A stretch of 64,000 bases of DNA. Origin: Candidatus Bathyarchaeia archaeon. Its GTDB lineage: Archaea; Thermoproteota; Bathyarchaeia; Bathyarchaeales; Bathycorpusculaceae. Every line of letters begins with the position of its first letter. Position 1 is the stretch's first letter. This document shows positions 40,203 to 49,411 of the stretch, in pieces. A program made the position numbers and the translations under genes. Under the pieces are notes generated by a model that searched no databases, was not told where the DNA came from, and was given only the letters and a program-made list of their open reading frames with translations. Location of the stretch: positions 640,001-704,000 of the forward strand of contig JBEKOM010000001.1 in the NCBI GenBank assembly GCA_049521795.1. Reading direction: 5' to 3'.

Positions 40203-41507
40203 ATGCCGAAAGCAGTCATGGTAGTAGGCGGCGGCATAGCAGGCATACAAGCTTCTCTAGACTTGGCGAACAGGGGACTAAAAGTATACTTGGTTGAGAA
40301 GAGGCCAAGCATAGGCGGAAGGATGGCGCAGTTAGATAAGACTTTCCCGACGATGGACTGTTCAATGTGCATTCTAGCGCCGAAGATGATAGAGTGCTCT
40401 CACCACCCGAACGTTCAACTCTTGACTTATTCGGAAGTGAAGGCTGTAAAAGGCTCGGCTGGCAACTTTAAGGTGACAGTTCTCAAGAAGCCGAGATATG
40501 TTGACGAGAAAAAGTGCAGCGGATGCCTGATCTGCGCGCAGAACTGCCCTACTGAAGCACTTAACGAGTTTGATGAGTACATAGGAGTGAGAAAGGCTAT
40601 CTACATGCCCTTCATGCAGGCAGTTCCAAGGGTCGCAGTCATAGACAAGGAAAGCTGTGTTGAGTGCGGACTTTGCGACAAGGTCTGCCCAAACAAGGCC
40701 GTGAACAGGGCTCAACAACCAGAAGAGATTGAACTTGACGTTGGAGCGATAGTCCTTGCAACAGGCTTCGACGTGTTCAACCCCTCAGTGATAACGCAAT
40801 ATGGATACAAGCGCTTCAAGAACGTCGTTACGGCCATGGAACTTGAACGCCTTCTGTGCGCATCAGGTCCAACTGGCGGACGTCTGATGAGACCGTCAGA
40901 CGGCAAGATACCTGGAAGCATAGCTTTCATTCAGTGCGTGGGTTCCCGTGACAGAAGACCCTGGATCGGCCACTCCTACTGTTCAAGCATCTGCTGCAAG
41001 TACGCGGTCAAGGACGCGGTGCTCATAAAAGAGCATGAACCGAGTTCTCTCGTCACGATTTTCTACATAGACATGCGGGCGTTCGGCAAAGGATTCCAAG
41101 AGTTCGTGAACAGGGCAAAGTCCGAGTTTGGAGTAGAATTCATTCGAAGCAATCCTGGAGAGATCTCAGAGGACCCGAAGACGGGCAACCTGATCGTTTG
41201 CTTTGAGGACCCGATAACCCGGACTGTTCAGAGTATCCCCTTTGACCTCGTGGTGTTGAGTCCAGCATTGGTCCCGAGCGAAGGAGTTGTCGAGCTGTCG
41301 AAGACGGTGGGAGTGGAGCTGGACAATTATGGATTCTTCAAGCTGGAAGATTCGGTGAGAAGACCGTTAGATACGACTGTGCCAGGCATTTTTGCCTGCG
41401 GCTACTGCGTCGGTCCCAAGACGGGAGATATTCCGGACTCGATAACTCAGGGAAGTGCCACGGCCGGTCGAGTGGCTGAGCTCTTGAAGGTCAAGGAGGC
41501 GGCATAG
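40203..41507 (+). CDS. hdrA: HdrA-like protein matching the N-terminal half of the large HdrA
   Basis: GGGIAG, LDKTFPTMDCSMC, CVGSR..YCSSICC; colinear with about residues 1-430 of 35590-38610. Confidence 0.88.
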   Translation: MPKAVMVVGGGIAGIQASLDLANRGLKVYLVEKRPSIGGRMAQLDKTFPTMDCSMCILAPKMIECSHHPNVQLLTYSEVKAVKGSAGNFKVTVLKKPRYVDEKKCSGCLICAQNCPTEALNEFDEYIGVRKAIYMPFMQAVPRVAVIDKESCVECGLCDKVCPNKAVNRAQQPEEIELDVGAIVLATGFDVFNPSVITQYGYKRFKNVVTAMELERLLCASGPTGGRLMRPSDGKIPGSIAFIQCVGSRDRRPWIGHSYCSSICCKYAVKDAVLIKEHEPSSLVTIFYIDMRAFGKGFQEFVNRAKSEFGVEFIRSNPGEISEDPKTGNLIVCFEDPITRTVQSIPFDLVVLSPALVPSEGVVELSKTVGVELDNYGFFKLEDSVRRPLDTTVPGIFACGYCVGPKTGDIPDSITQGSATAGRVAELLKVKEAA

Positions 41508-43295
41508 ATGAAGGAAGAACCACGTGTTGGCGTCTTCATTTGCAGCTGCGGAGTTAACATCGGCGGCGTGGTCAACGTTCCGGAAGTCACTGAGTACGCC
41601 AAGAAACTTCGGAATGTAGCTCACGCCGAGTACAACCTCTACACGTGCTCAGAAGCCGGGTTAGACGCCATAAAAGACGCAATCAAGGAGCACGGTCTGA
41701 ACCGTGTTGTAGTCGCATCCTGCACGCCGAGAACGCACGAGCCGCTTTTCCGCGCTTGCTGCAAGGAAGCAGGCTTGAACCCATACCTGTTCGAAATGGC
41801 CAACCTCCGCGAGCACGTCAGCTGGGTACACGGGCATGAGCATCTGAAAGCGACAGAAAAGGCCAAGGACATCGTCAGGATGGCTGTGGCAAAAGCTGCT
41901 CTGCTTGAGCCTGAGACTGAACCGGAGGTTGAGGTCAAGGATGTTTCGCTCGTGATCGGAGCGGGAGTGGCTGGATTGTCAGCAGCCATCACCATGGCGA
42001 ACCAAGGTTTTAAAGTGTACTTGGTCGAGAAGGAGAAGGAACCAGGCGGAATTACTCATTGGCTCTACAAACTCTACCCAACACTGGCAGATTCCTCCGA
42101 AGTTGTCGGACCCATGGTGAAAGCCGCGAAGTCCCATGAGAACATTAGACTTATGACATCAACAACCCTCAAGGACGTCAGCGGCTACGTTGGCAACTTC
42201 AACGCTGTCCTGACAGGCCCGAAGGGTGATGAGGAAGTCAAGGTTGGCACGATAATAGTGGCCTCCGGCTCTTCTAACTACACGCCTCCAAACGGTTTTT
42301 ACCAATACGGCGTGAGCGACCGCGTGATAACGCAGAAAGAATTCGACGGGATGCTTAGAAAAGACGAACTTGGAACGCCGGAAAGAGTCGTGATGATACA
42401 GTGCGTCGGAGCAAGGAAAGGTGAAATCCAACCGTCGGAGCTTGAGGCCTTTCCAAAATCAGATACAGCCGAGCTTCTCAGAAAGATCCTCAAGGCACGA
42501 AAGGACGAAGGATGGCCCTACTGTTCAAGAATCTGCTGCATGAACGCCATAAAGAACGCCATACTTGTGAAAGAAAGGTCGCCCAAGACAGACGTAGTCG
42601 TACTCTTTGGGGACCTGAGAGTTTACAAGGAATACGAAGACTTCTATCGGAAGGCAAGAGATCTTGAAGTGAGGTTTGTGAGGCACATTGAGGTGAAGCC
42701 CGAAGTTGTACAGGAGCAGGGCGGCAAGCTCGCAGTGATAGCCTATGACGCGCTATCGGGCCTTGAGGTCAGATTTCCATCAGACTGGGTTGTTCTTTCA
42801 ACCCCGCTCATTCCCAACAAGGATGAGATTACGCTTGGAAGAATGCTGAAGGTCCCGATAGGAACCGACGGTTTCATGATGGAAGCCCACTTGAAGCTCA
42901 GACCGGTGGACACGAACGTGGACGGCGTTTTCGTCGCGGGCACCGTTTCTGGCCCGAAGGACGTTTCAGAGAGCATAATCGGCGGCGAAGCAGCAGCGGC
43001 AAGAGCGTCAATCCTGATGGGTAACAGAAAGGTCAGAACAGAAGCCATAACAGCCGTCGTAGACGAGGATCAATGCATCGGCTGCGGCCTGTGCGAGGAG
43101 ATCTGTCCCTACGGGGCGCCGAAGGTTCAGGATGGTAAGTCAAAAATCCTAGAGGTGCTCTGCAGAGGGTGCGGTTCATGCGCAGCAGAGTGTCCGAAAA
43201 GAGCGATAGCGATGCGTCATTTCGGCGAAGATCAGATACTTGCTCAAGTGAAGGCGCTTCTGATGCCTGAGGCTCTGAAGGAGGTAGCATCCTAA
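41508..43295 (+). CDS. hdrA: HdrA-like protein matching the C-terminal half of the large HdrA
   Basis: PRVGVFICSCG, ASCTPRTHE, GAGVAG, YCSRICC, EAHLKLRP, 2x[4Fe-4S]. Confidence 0.88.
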   Translation: MKEEPRVGVFICSCGVNIGGVVNVPEVTEYAKKLRNVAHAEYNLYTCSEAGLDAIKDAIKEHGLNRVVVASCTPRTHEPLFRACCKEAGLNPYLFEMANLREHVSWVHGHEHLKATEKAKDIVRMAVAKAALLEPETEPEVEVKDVSLVIGAGVAGLSAAITMANQGFKVYLVEKEKEPGGITHWLYKLYPTLADSSEVVGPMVKAAKSHENIRLMTSTTLKDVSGYVGNFNAVLTGPKGDEEVKVGTIIVASGSSNYTPPNGFYQYGVSDRVITQKEFDGMLRKDELGTPERVVMIQCVGARKGEIQPSELEAFPKSDTAELLRKILKARKDEGWPYCSRICCMNAIKNAILVKERSPKTDVVVLFGDLRVYKEYEDFYRKARDLEVRFVRHIEVKPEVVQEQGGKLAVIAYDALSGLEVRFPSDWVVLSTPLIPNKDEITLGRMLKVPIGTDGFMMEAHLKLRPVDTNVDGVFVAGTVSGPKDVSESIIGGEAAAARASILMGNRKVRTEAITAVVDEDQCIGCGLCEEICPYGAPKVQDGKSKILEVLCRGCGSCAAECPKRAIAMRHFGEDQILAQVKALLMPEALKEVAS

Positions 43296-43754
43296 ATGGC
43301 GAAACAAGACGTTGTTGGAGAGAAGACTAAGGAGGAGTTTGAGCCGGTAATCGTCGCGTACTGCTGCAACTGGTGCTCCTATGCAGGCGCAGACTTGGCC
43401 GGGACGAGTCGGTTCGAGTATCCGACAAACATCAGAATCGTCCGAATAATGTGCACGGGCAGAATGGACCCGACGCTGGTGCTGGAAGCACTGAGCATGG
43501 GAGCCGACGGCGTCATAATCGCCGGTTGCCACCCGGGTGACTGCCACTATCAAAAGGGCAACTACATGATGGAAAAGAGGTTTGAGTACATCAAGAAAGC
43601 CGTTCAGAGCATAGGCCTTGAGCCGGAACGCGTGAGGCTCGAATGGGTCTCAGCGAGTGAGGGAGGAAAATGGGCAGCTCTGATAAGAGAGATGACGGAG
43701 CAGGTGAAAGCCTTGGGGCCCAGTCCTTTCCGAGCAGCCGGGAACTCGAAATAG
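43296..43754 (+). CDS. mvhD: MvhD [2Fe-2S] subunit (second copy)
   Basis: CNWCSYAGAD, MCTGR, GCHPGDCHY. Confidence 0.92.
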   Translation: MAKQDVVGEKTKEEFEPVIVAYCCNWCSYAGADLAGTSRFEYPTNIRIVRIMCTGRMDPTLVLEALSMGADGVIIAGCHPGDCHYQKGNYMMEKRFEYIKKAVQSIGLEPERVRLEWVSASEGGKWAALIREMTEQVKALGPSPFRAAGNSK

Positions 43755-43763
43755 GTGAAAACG

Positions 43764-44108
43764 ATGAGCGAAAAGAAGGAGAAGATGAAGAGAAGGACTG
43801 ACGCCACCATAGATGCTTTCAAGTCTCAGAGGTTGCGGTGGGTCATGGGAAGGTCGCAGATTAAAGTGGAAGTTGAGGAAGACAAGTACAAGAAAGCGGT
43901 GGATTCGATTATGCACGATGAGGTTGAGAGAAGCCTGATCAAATGTGCCCTCAAGGAGAAAGGCCCGCTTACGGTGGAGGAGATTTCGCAGTTAACCGGG
44001 CTTCAGCCCAGTGTGATAGTTCAGCACATCATAGCTCTCAGAAAGAACGGCGTTATCGCGGAAGCTGGAGAAAAGAACAGGCAATATCTCTACACGTGCA
44101 TAGCTTAG
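43764..44108 (+). CDS. Winged-helix protein downstream of mvhD
   Basis: GPLTVEEISQLTGL..SVIVQHIIAL HTH; AGGTGA SD before ATG 43764. Confidence 0.75.
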   Translation: MSEKKEKMKRRTDATIDAFKSQRLRWVMGRSQIKVEVEEDKYKKAVDSIMHDEVERSLIKCALKEKGPLTVEEISQLTGLQPSVIVQHIIALRKNGVIAEAGEKNRQYLYTCIA

Positions 44109-44142
44109 CGTGCAAGCGCGTGTGGCAGGTCGAGTGTTCAAG

Positions 44143-44222
44143 TTGACCCCCCCGATTTTGTGGTAACGTTTTTGGTAATGTTGCTTGGTAATGCTGTGTG
44201 GTAACAAGTCTTGAAGAGGCAG
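44143..44222 (+). repeat. Dispersed non-coding element, copy B, with four TGGTAA direct repeats
   Basis: TGGTAA at 44161, 44173, 44186, 44199; homologous to the reverse complement of 4285-4351. Confidence 0.85.
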
Positions 44223-44422
44223 GCATGGCATTTTCCAATAGTCGATGGTCACTCGTTACGGTTCGGGCTTGGTGCTGCATTCTCTCTCGCTCTCAGGCCC
44301 TCCCCCCGGGTATCCTATATGAGCCAAATATGGTTGAAGACCAAGTGAGCAGCACAAACTACTTGCCAAAAGACTTCAGAAACACGCTGGCGCGCGGAGC
44401 AAACGGCAACGCGTTCTCTTGA

Positions 44423-44707
44423 CTACAGTTTTTCTATGCACTCTGGGTGTATGTCTCCGGGAAAGTCGTGGTCGTAAAAGTAGATCGTGCCTTTTTCCAC
44501 GTCGATTTCAGCGCGGTCGTGAACGGTCGCTCGATTCAAAAGATCCTGATAGTCCTCGCTGCTCGAGATCTGAACCTTTCTTAGAGATTTCTCTTTGGTG
44601 CTTAACGGTTTCTGGCACACTTCGCAGAGCATTTCAACTACGCGGATCAACTCGAAGCATTTGCCTCTCAGTTCCTCAAACTTGACTTCTCTCAGATCTT
44701 TTCTCAC
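44423..44707 (-). CDS. Small hypothetical protein, putative Zn-binding (CxxC...HxxC)
   Basis: LCEVCQKPL ... IHPECIEKL; protein-like composition. Confidence 0.6.
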   Translation of the reverse strand: MRKDLREVKFEELRGKCFELIRVVEMLCEVCQKPLSTKEKSLRKVQISSSEDYQDLLNRATVHDRAEIDVEKGTIYFYDHDFPGDIHPECIEKL

Positions 44708-44851
44708 AAGAGTCTCCGTTCTTCATTGTTTGCAAACCTGAGATATAATTGTATGCGCATCCCGCACTCCTGAAAGGGACATCTGATTTTGATTCGTATC
44801 GGAATCATTTTTATATACAGCCTGCCGACTTGAGGTAGTCTTCTCAGGGAA

Positions 44852-45109
44852 GTGGCACGCTTGTCTGAAAAGCTGAAGATAAGCCCGGAAAAAGCGAAAG
44901 AGATGCAGGAGCGCAATAAGGAGAGAAACCTGATTGTTCAGGCGATGAAGAGTCACGGCTCATCGACAGTTGAGGAGATTTCAAAGGTCACAGGCATTGA
45001 AAAGTCGAGGGTTTTGAGACACCTGATTGCGATGACAGCATTTGGAAAAGTGCAGATTGAAGGGGACCGAGACAACCAGATCGTCTATTGTCTACCGAAA
45101 GAAGACTAG
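44852..45109 (+). CDS. Small winged-helix protein
   Basis: GSSTVEEISKVTGIEKSRVLRHLIAM; similar to 43764-44108. Confidence 0.75.
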   Translation: MARLSEKLKISPEKAKEMQERNKERNLIVQAMKSHGSSTVEEISKVTGIEKSRVLRHLIAMTAFGKVQIEGDRDNQIVYCLPKED

Positions 45110-45121
45110 TTCTGGGGAGAA

Positions 45122-47944
45122 CTAGGTTTCCACGTTTTCCAAGATGTCGTTTTGTGACATATCAGTTCTCTCTGCTTGTTCCTGTCTTAATGGTTCCTGA
45201 GATTCTTGCTGTGCCTTCTCAGCGGTTTGACCCTCTGAGCATGGAATTTGCTCTTCCTCTCTCAAGTTGAGTGTTGCCTTAACCGTGCCATCACCTGCGT
45301 ACTCAGTCGTGAAGCCCATCTTCTTCATGAGGCTGATGGCTCTGTAGTTGTCTGGAAGTATTATGGCGTAGACGGTTTCAATCTTCATGTCTTTGCAGAT
45401 TTCAAGGGCGTAATCAACCATTTTTGTGCCCAAGCCGAGACCTTGCCATGGATCAGCAACGATGAAGGCTATTTCGCCTTTTTTCCCGTCTGGTTCAATA
45501 CTGACCCTTGTGACTCCGAGGATTTTTCTGCGACCGTCTTCGGTCAGTTCTGGCACTATGGCGATTTCTCTGTCGTAGTCAATGTTGCAGTAGCGGACTC
45601 TGGTCTCGTGCGGCGTGTCTTTCAATATTTGGAAGAAGCGGTAGCGTATCGATTCTTCTGAAAAGTTCTGGAACATTTCCAGCCACAGGGGTTCGTCCTC
45701 GGGCTTTATTGGTCTCAGAATGACTGTTCGGCCGTCTCGAAGTTTCCACAGTGTTTCGTATTTTTTCGGGTAAGGAGTTATCACAAGGTGCTCGTGAGGC
45801 TCAAGCTTCTTGAAGACGCGGTCCCTGTCGATCACGATGCGCGCATCAAGCGCAATTGCTTCTTTCTCGTCGATGAACAGTGGGTTGATGTCAACTTCCC
45901 TGAGCTGTGGAAAGTCCACGAGCATCTGGCTGAATCGCACGAGTATCTCTTCGAGGAGTTTGATGTTGGCTGGGGGCACGTTTCTGTAACCTTTTAGAAG
46001 CTGGTAGACCTTTGTCTCTTCCATCATTCTTCGAACCAAGGTTTGGTTAAGCGGGGGGATTCCGAGGGCGAAATCTTTGAACAGTTCGACGCCGACGCCT
46101 CCCATTCCGAAAAGTATCACGGGACCGAACAGCGGGTCGGCTTTTGCGCCGATTATGACTTCATAACCCTGCTTCTTCACCATGGGCTGCACGGTGACTC
46201 CCAGAACCTCGGCGCTTGGGTCGTGCTCTCTGCCCGCTTTCAAAATACGGTTGAAAGCGTTTCGAACTTCGGTTTCGTTGCTGATGTCGAGTATGACGCC
46301 GCCTGCGTCTGTTTTGTGCACTATCTTAGGCGAGAGGATTTTGAGCACGACGGGGTAGCCTATTTGCTGGGCTAAGAGGGCTGCTTCGTCTTCGGTTCGG
46401 GCAACTCTTGTCTTGACGACGGGTAGATTGTAGTATTCCAAGAACGTCTTGGCTTCAGCTTCGTTCATTGTTTCGCGATTCTCGTTTGCAACGTTTCTCA
46501 TTATGACCATCAGCGGCCGCTTCGGGGGGACAACGTCAACTGGAAGTTCTTCAGGTGTCTCGTACTGTAGCTCTAGGTTGCGTTTGTATTGGTACATGTA
46601 GTGATAAGTTTTGATTGCTTGTTCAGGTGTGGAGTATGTGGGGATGCTGTTTTCGTGAAATATTCGGTTTGCCTCTTCCACGGCTCCGTATCCCATGAAA
46701 GAAGTCAGGACCGTCTTGTTTAGAGAACCTCTGCTCTTGCACAGTTCCACGATGCTCTTGGCAACTTCAACAGGTTCAGCAACTGCTTGAGCAGTGTATA
46801 TTATGGCTATGCCGTCGACGTTTTCATCGTCCAAGCAAGCTTCGACCACTGCTCTGAACCTGTCAGCCTTGGCGTCTCCCAGAATGTCGATTGGATTTCC
46901 TCTGCTCCAGTAGTGCGGTAAGATGTGGTTGAGTTTCTCCATTGTCTTTTCACTGAGTTTCGCTAGCTTTCCTCCGCGAGCTATGAGAGCGTCGGTCGCC
47001 ATCACTCCTGGACCGCCTGCGTTTGTGATTATGGCAAGGTTTGGACCTTGTGGTATAGGCTGCATGCCCAAGACTTCAGCGCAGTTGAAAAGGTCAGCGA
47101 TGTCATCTACGCGGACCATTCCGGCACGCTTGAACGCCTTGTCGTATATCAAGTCCTCACCCGTCAGTGAGCCTGTGTGAGACGCAGCGGCTTTGGCGCT
47201 TTCGCTGAACTTTCCAGCCTTAACCACGATTATCGGTTTGGTTCTTGCGAAGTGTCTGCCTGCGCTCATGAATCCTCGAGCGTCAGTTATTCCTTCTATG
47301 TACATGAGGATGCTTCTTGTCTTGGGGTCGGTGCCGAAATAGTCTATTAGGTCGCCGAAATCGACGTCAATCATTGAACCCAAGGAGACGAAGTTGCTGA
47401 AGCCAATGTTTTCATGCGTCGCCCAGTCGAGAATAGCGGACCCTAACGCGCCGCTCTGTGATATGAAGGCTATTTTGCCGGGTTTCGGCATCTTGCTTAT
47501 GAAAGTGGCGTTGAGACTGATGCTTGGACGAATTACGCCTAGGCAGTTTGGCCCCACGATCCGCATGCCATATTTCTTCTTGATCTCGGTGATCCTGTCT
47601 TCCAGTGCCCTGCCTTCGGGCCCGATCTCTTTGAAGCCCGCTGAAATTATGATTACGCCGTTTATTCCGGCTTTTCCACACTGCTCAAGCACGTCTGGGA
47701 CCGTTCTGCTAGGAGTGGCGATTACGGCAAGGTCAACTGCTTCAGGAATCTGCTCCACACTTTCGTAGGCCTTGAGGCCTAGAATCTCGGTCTTATGAAG
47801 GTTGACTGGGAAAACCTTTCCCTCAAACTTCAAATCTATGAAATTCTTGATGATTGCATACCCAACAGAGCCCACTTCGTCGCTTGCTCCGACAACCGCG
47901 ATGCTCTTTGGACTAAAAATCTTGTCCAGGTTCAACGTAACCAA
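45122..47944 (-). CDS. ADP-forming acetate-CoA ligase (alpha+beta) fused to C-terminal GNAT (Pat-like)
   Basis: GPNCLG, SQSG, SHTG, TNAGG, NPIDILGDA, HKTDAGGV ATP-grasp, LRPIKPED..QGLGLG GNAT. Confidence 0.92.
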   Translation of the reverse strand: MVTLNLDKIFSPKSIAVVGASDEVGSVGYAIIKNFIDLKFEGKVFPVNLHKTEILGLKAYESVEQIPEAVDLAVIATPSRTVPDVLEQCGKAGINGVIIISAGFKEIGPEGRALEDRITEIKKKYGMRIVGPNCLGVIRPSISLNATFISKMPKPGKIAFISQSGALGSAILDWATHENIGFSNFVSLGSMIDVDFGDLIDYFGTDPKTRSILMYIEGITDARGFMSAGRHFARTKPIIVVKAGKFSESAKAAASHTGSLTGEDLIYDKAFKRAGMVRVDDIADLFNCAEVLGMQPIPQGPNLAIITNAGGPGVMATDALIARGGKLAKLSEKTMEKLNHILPHYWSRGNPIDILGDAKADRFRAVVEACLDDENVDGIAIIYTAQAVAEPVEVAKSIVELCKSRGSLNKTVLTSFMGYGAVEEANRIFHENSIPTYSTPEQAIKTYHYMYQYKRNLELQYETPEELPVDVVPPKRPLMVIMRNVANENRETMNEAEAKTFLEYYNLPVVKTRVARTEDEAALLAQQIGYPVVLKILSPKIVHKTDAGGVILDISNETEVRNAFNRILKAGREHDPSAEVLGVTVQPMVKKQGYEVIIGAKADPLFGPVILFGMGGVGVELFKDFALGIPPLNQTLVRRMMEETKVYQLLKGYRNVPPANIKLLEEILVRFSQMLVDFPQLREVDINPLFIDEKEAIALDARIVIDRDRVFKKLEPHEHLVITPYPKKYETLWKLRDGRTVILRPIKPEDEPLWLEMFQNFSEESIRYRFFQILKDTPHETRVRYCNIDYDREIAIVPELTEDGRRKILGVTRVSIEPDGKKGEIAFIVADPWQGLGLGTKMVDYALEICKDMKIETVYAIILPDNYRAISLMKKMGFTTEYAGDGTVKATLNLREEEQIPCSEGQTAEKAQQESQEPLRQEQAERTDMSQNDILENVET

Positions 47945-48110
47945 CGGTACAACCTTCTGAGTCTAGGTCTTGATGTTTTAGGGAAAATTAAACTTTATGT
48001 CTCAACAATACAGCTACGGCTTGGAAAACTCTCCTCTCAGCCCTCTCTGGCGAAGCAAAGTCTCCATTTAGAAACGCTTAATTCACCGTTTTCTCTACGG
48101 GAAATAATCA

Positions 48111-48989
48111 TTGGAAGCGACAACACCGATGCGTGCACATAGCAAGCTGGTCTCAGGCAGCGAGCGTGAAACCGGGGGCAAAGAAGAACCGTTAGCGTTG
48201 ATCTTCATATACGGTGGAGAGTTTGCGGAGCGAGTGATTAGGAATTTGATAAACGATCCCAGCTTCTGCAAGTCCTGCGACCTGTCCTGTGATTCTTGCA
48301 AGTACGGTGTGTACAGTTATGTTCGCAATGTTCGAGCAGCCGTTGAACTGCCGAGCCCTTCTGATCTTCCAGCTTTCATAGACTTTCCGGAAAAACATAT
48401 GCCGAAGAACATTCCTCGAGCTGATTTATGCGTTGCCTCAGGTTTGCATAAAGACCTACTGCTTGAACTGCCAAATCACTTGAAAAAAGCCGGAGTGAAA
48501 GGCTTGATCGTGCCAATAGAAGACTTCGTCGATGTTCCCTCGGGCTTGGTAAAGCAGATGGAGGAGAAGTGTCGAGAACTAGGCTTGGAAAGTGCGTTTC
48601 CAAAACCCTTCTGCTCACTGAAAGCATCAGCAAGTATGCCGACAATATCGAGGTTCGTGACTGAGCTCAACGTTGGTAGACCCTTTGTGGAAATCTCGAC
48701 GACGAAAAAAGGCGGTCACGAAATGATAGATTATACCATTGTGAGACGAAGCGCTCCATGCGGCTCCACATGGTACGTAGCAAAAAAACTGATAGGAACC
48801 GAAACGAAAAAGGACACACTCTATGACGTTGTCGCAAAGGCCCATCACAGCTACCCATGCACCGCGACGATGGGAGTGGACCCAGAAACGAAGGAGCCGA
48901 TACTTCACATGGGAGGCTACATAATACGAGAAGAAGTGGAGAAAGCGTTGAAGACAGCTAAAGTGAGACTTAAGGAAAAACGCAAATAG
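48111..48989 (+). CDS. DUF166-family protein
   Basis: PAFIDFPE, PKPFCSL, RSAPCGST, YPCTA; true start likely near 48198. Confidence 0.7.
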   Translation: MEATTPMRAHSKLVSGSERETGGKEEPLALIFIYGGEFAERVIRNLINDPSFCKSCDLSCDSCKYGVYSYVRNVRAAVELPSPSDLPAFIDFPEKHMPKNIPRADLCVASGLHKDLLLELPNHLKKAGVKGLIVPIEDFVDVPSGLVKQMEEKCRELGLESAFPKPFCSLKASASMPTISRFVTELNVGRPFVEISTTKKGGHEMIDYTIVRRSAPCGSTWYVAKKLIGTETKKDTLYDVVAKAHHSYPCTATMGVDPETKEPILHMGGYIIREEVEKALKTAKVRLKEKRK

Positions 48990-49234
48990 GTCAGTTAATG
49001 GCTTTACTGTCTAAGAAAGCTCTGGAGAGCGAGACGCGCGCCAAATAATTAGAGAACTCTCAAACGGCGAAGTTATCGTCAAGCGCGTCCGGTGACCTAC
49101 CCCCCTCTAGTATTTTTCCGAGCTTCTAAGAGTCTCCCTGCAGAAGCTTAAACGTCTGCGGAGAGAGCGTGCTAGAAGCGAGGCTGGAAGTGGGCCCTGA
49201 CTTGTTTTGCGCTTGAAGTCTGGGGTGAGGCAGA

Positions 49235-49411
49235 GCGAAGAAACGAGTAGAATGTAAACTCGAAGAGGAGCTGGTTGATCGCATCGACAGGGTAGCTGAG
49301 CTTCTCAAGACGAACAGGAGAGACATCATCAGAAGCGCATGCATCGCTTATTTGAAGAACTTAGATATAGGCTCTAGGAAGAGCACCAAGGGTAGAATAT
49401 GTGGTTTATGA
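49235..49411 (+). pseudogene. Ribbon-helix-helix (CopG-like) ORF lacking an evident start codon
   Basis: AKKRVECKLEEELVDRIDRVAELLKTNRRDIIRSACIAYL; in-frame TGA two codons upstream, within a GGTGA SD-like site. Confidence 0.55.

Noticed and set aside
31298-43754. Selenocysteine in MvhA/MvhD/HdrA
   Set aside because: The relevant positions are Cys codons in uninterrupted ORFs (DPCFGC, GCH..DCH, TNDC/TMDC); there is no in-frame TGA
4351-44143. A 40-kb composite mobile element bounded by the inverted copies A and B
   Set aside because: The interval holds essential ribosomal, replication and transcription genes and no transposase or integrase; the copies are only about 85% identical
44161-44205. 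CRISPR-like array
   Set aside because: Units are only 12-13 bp with a 6-bp core and no unique 30-40 bp spacers; no cas genes
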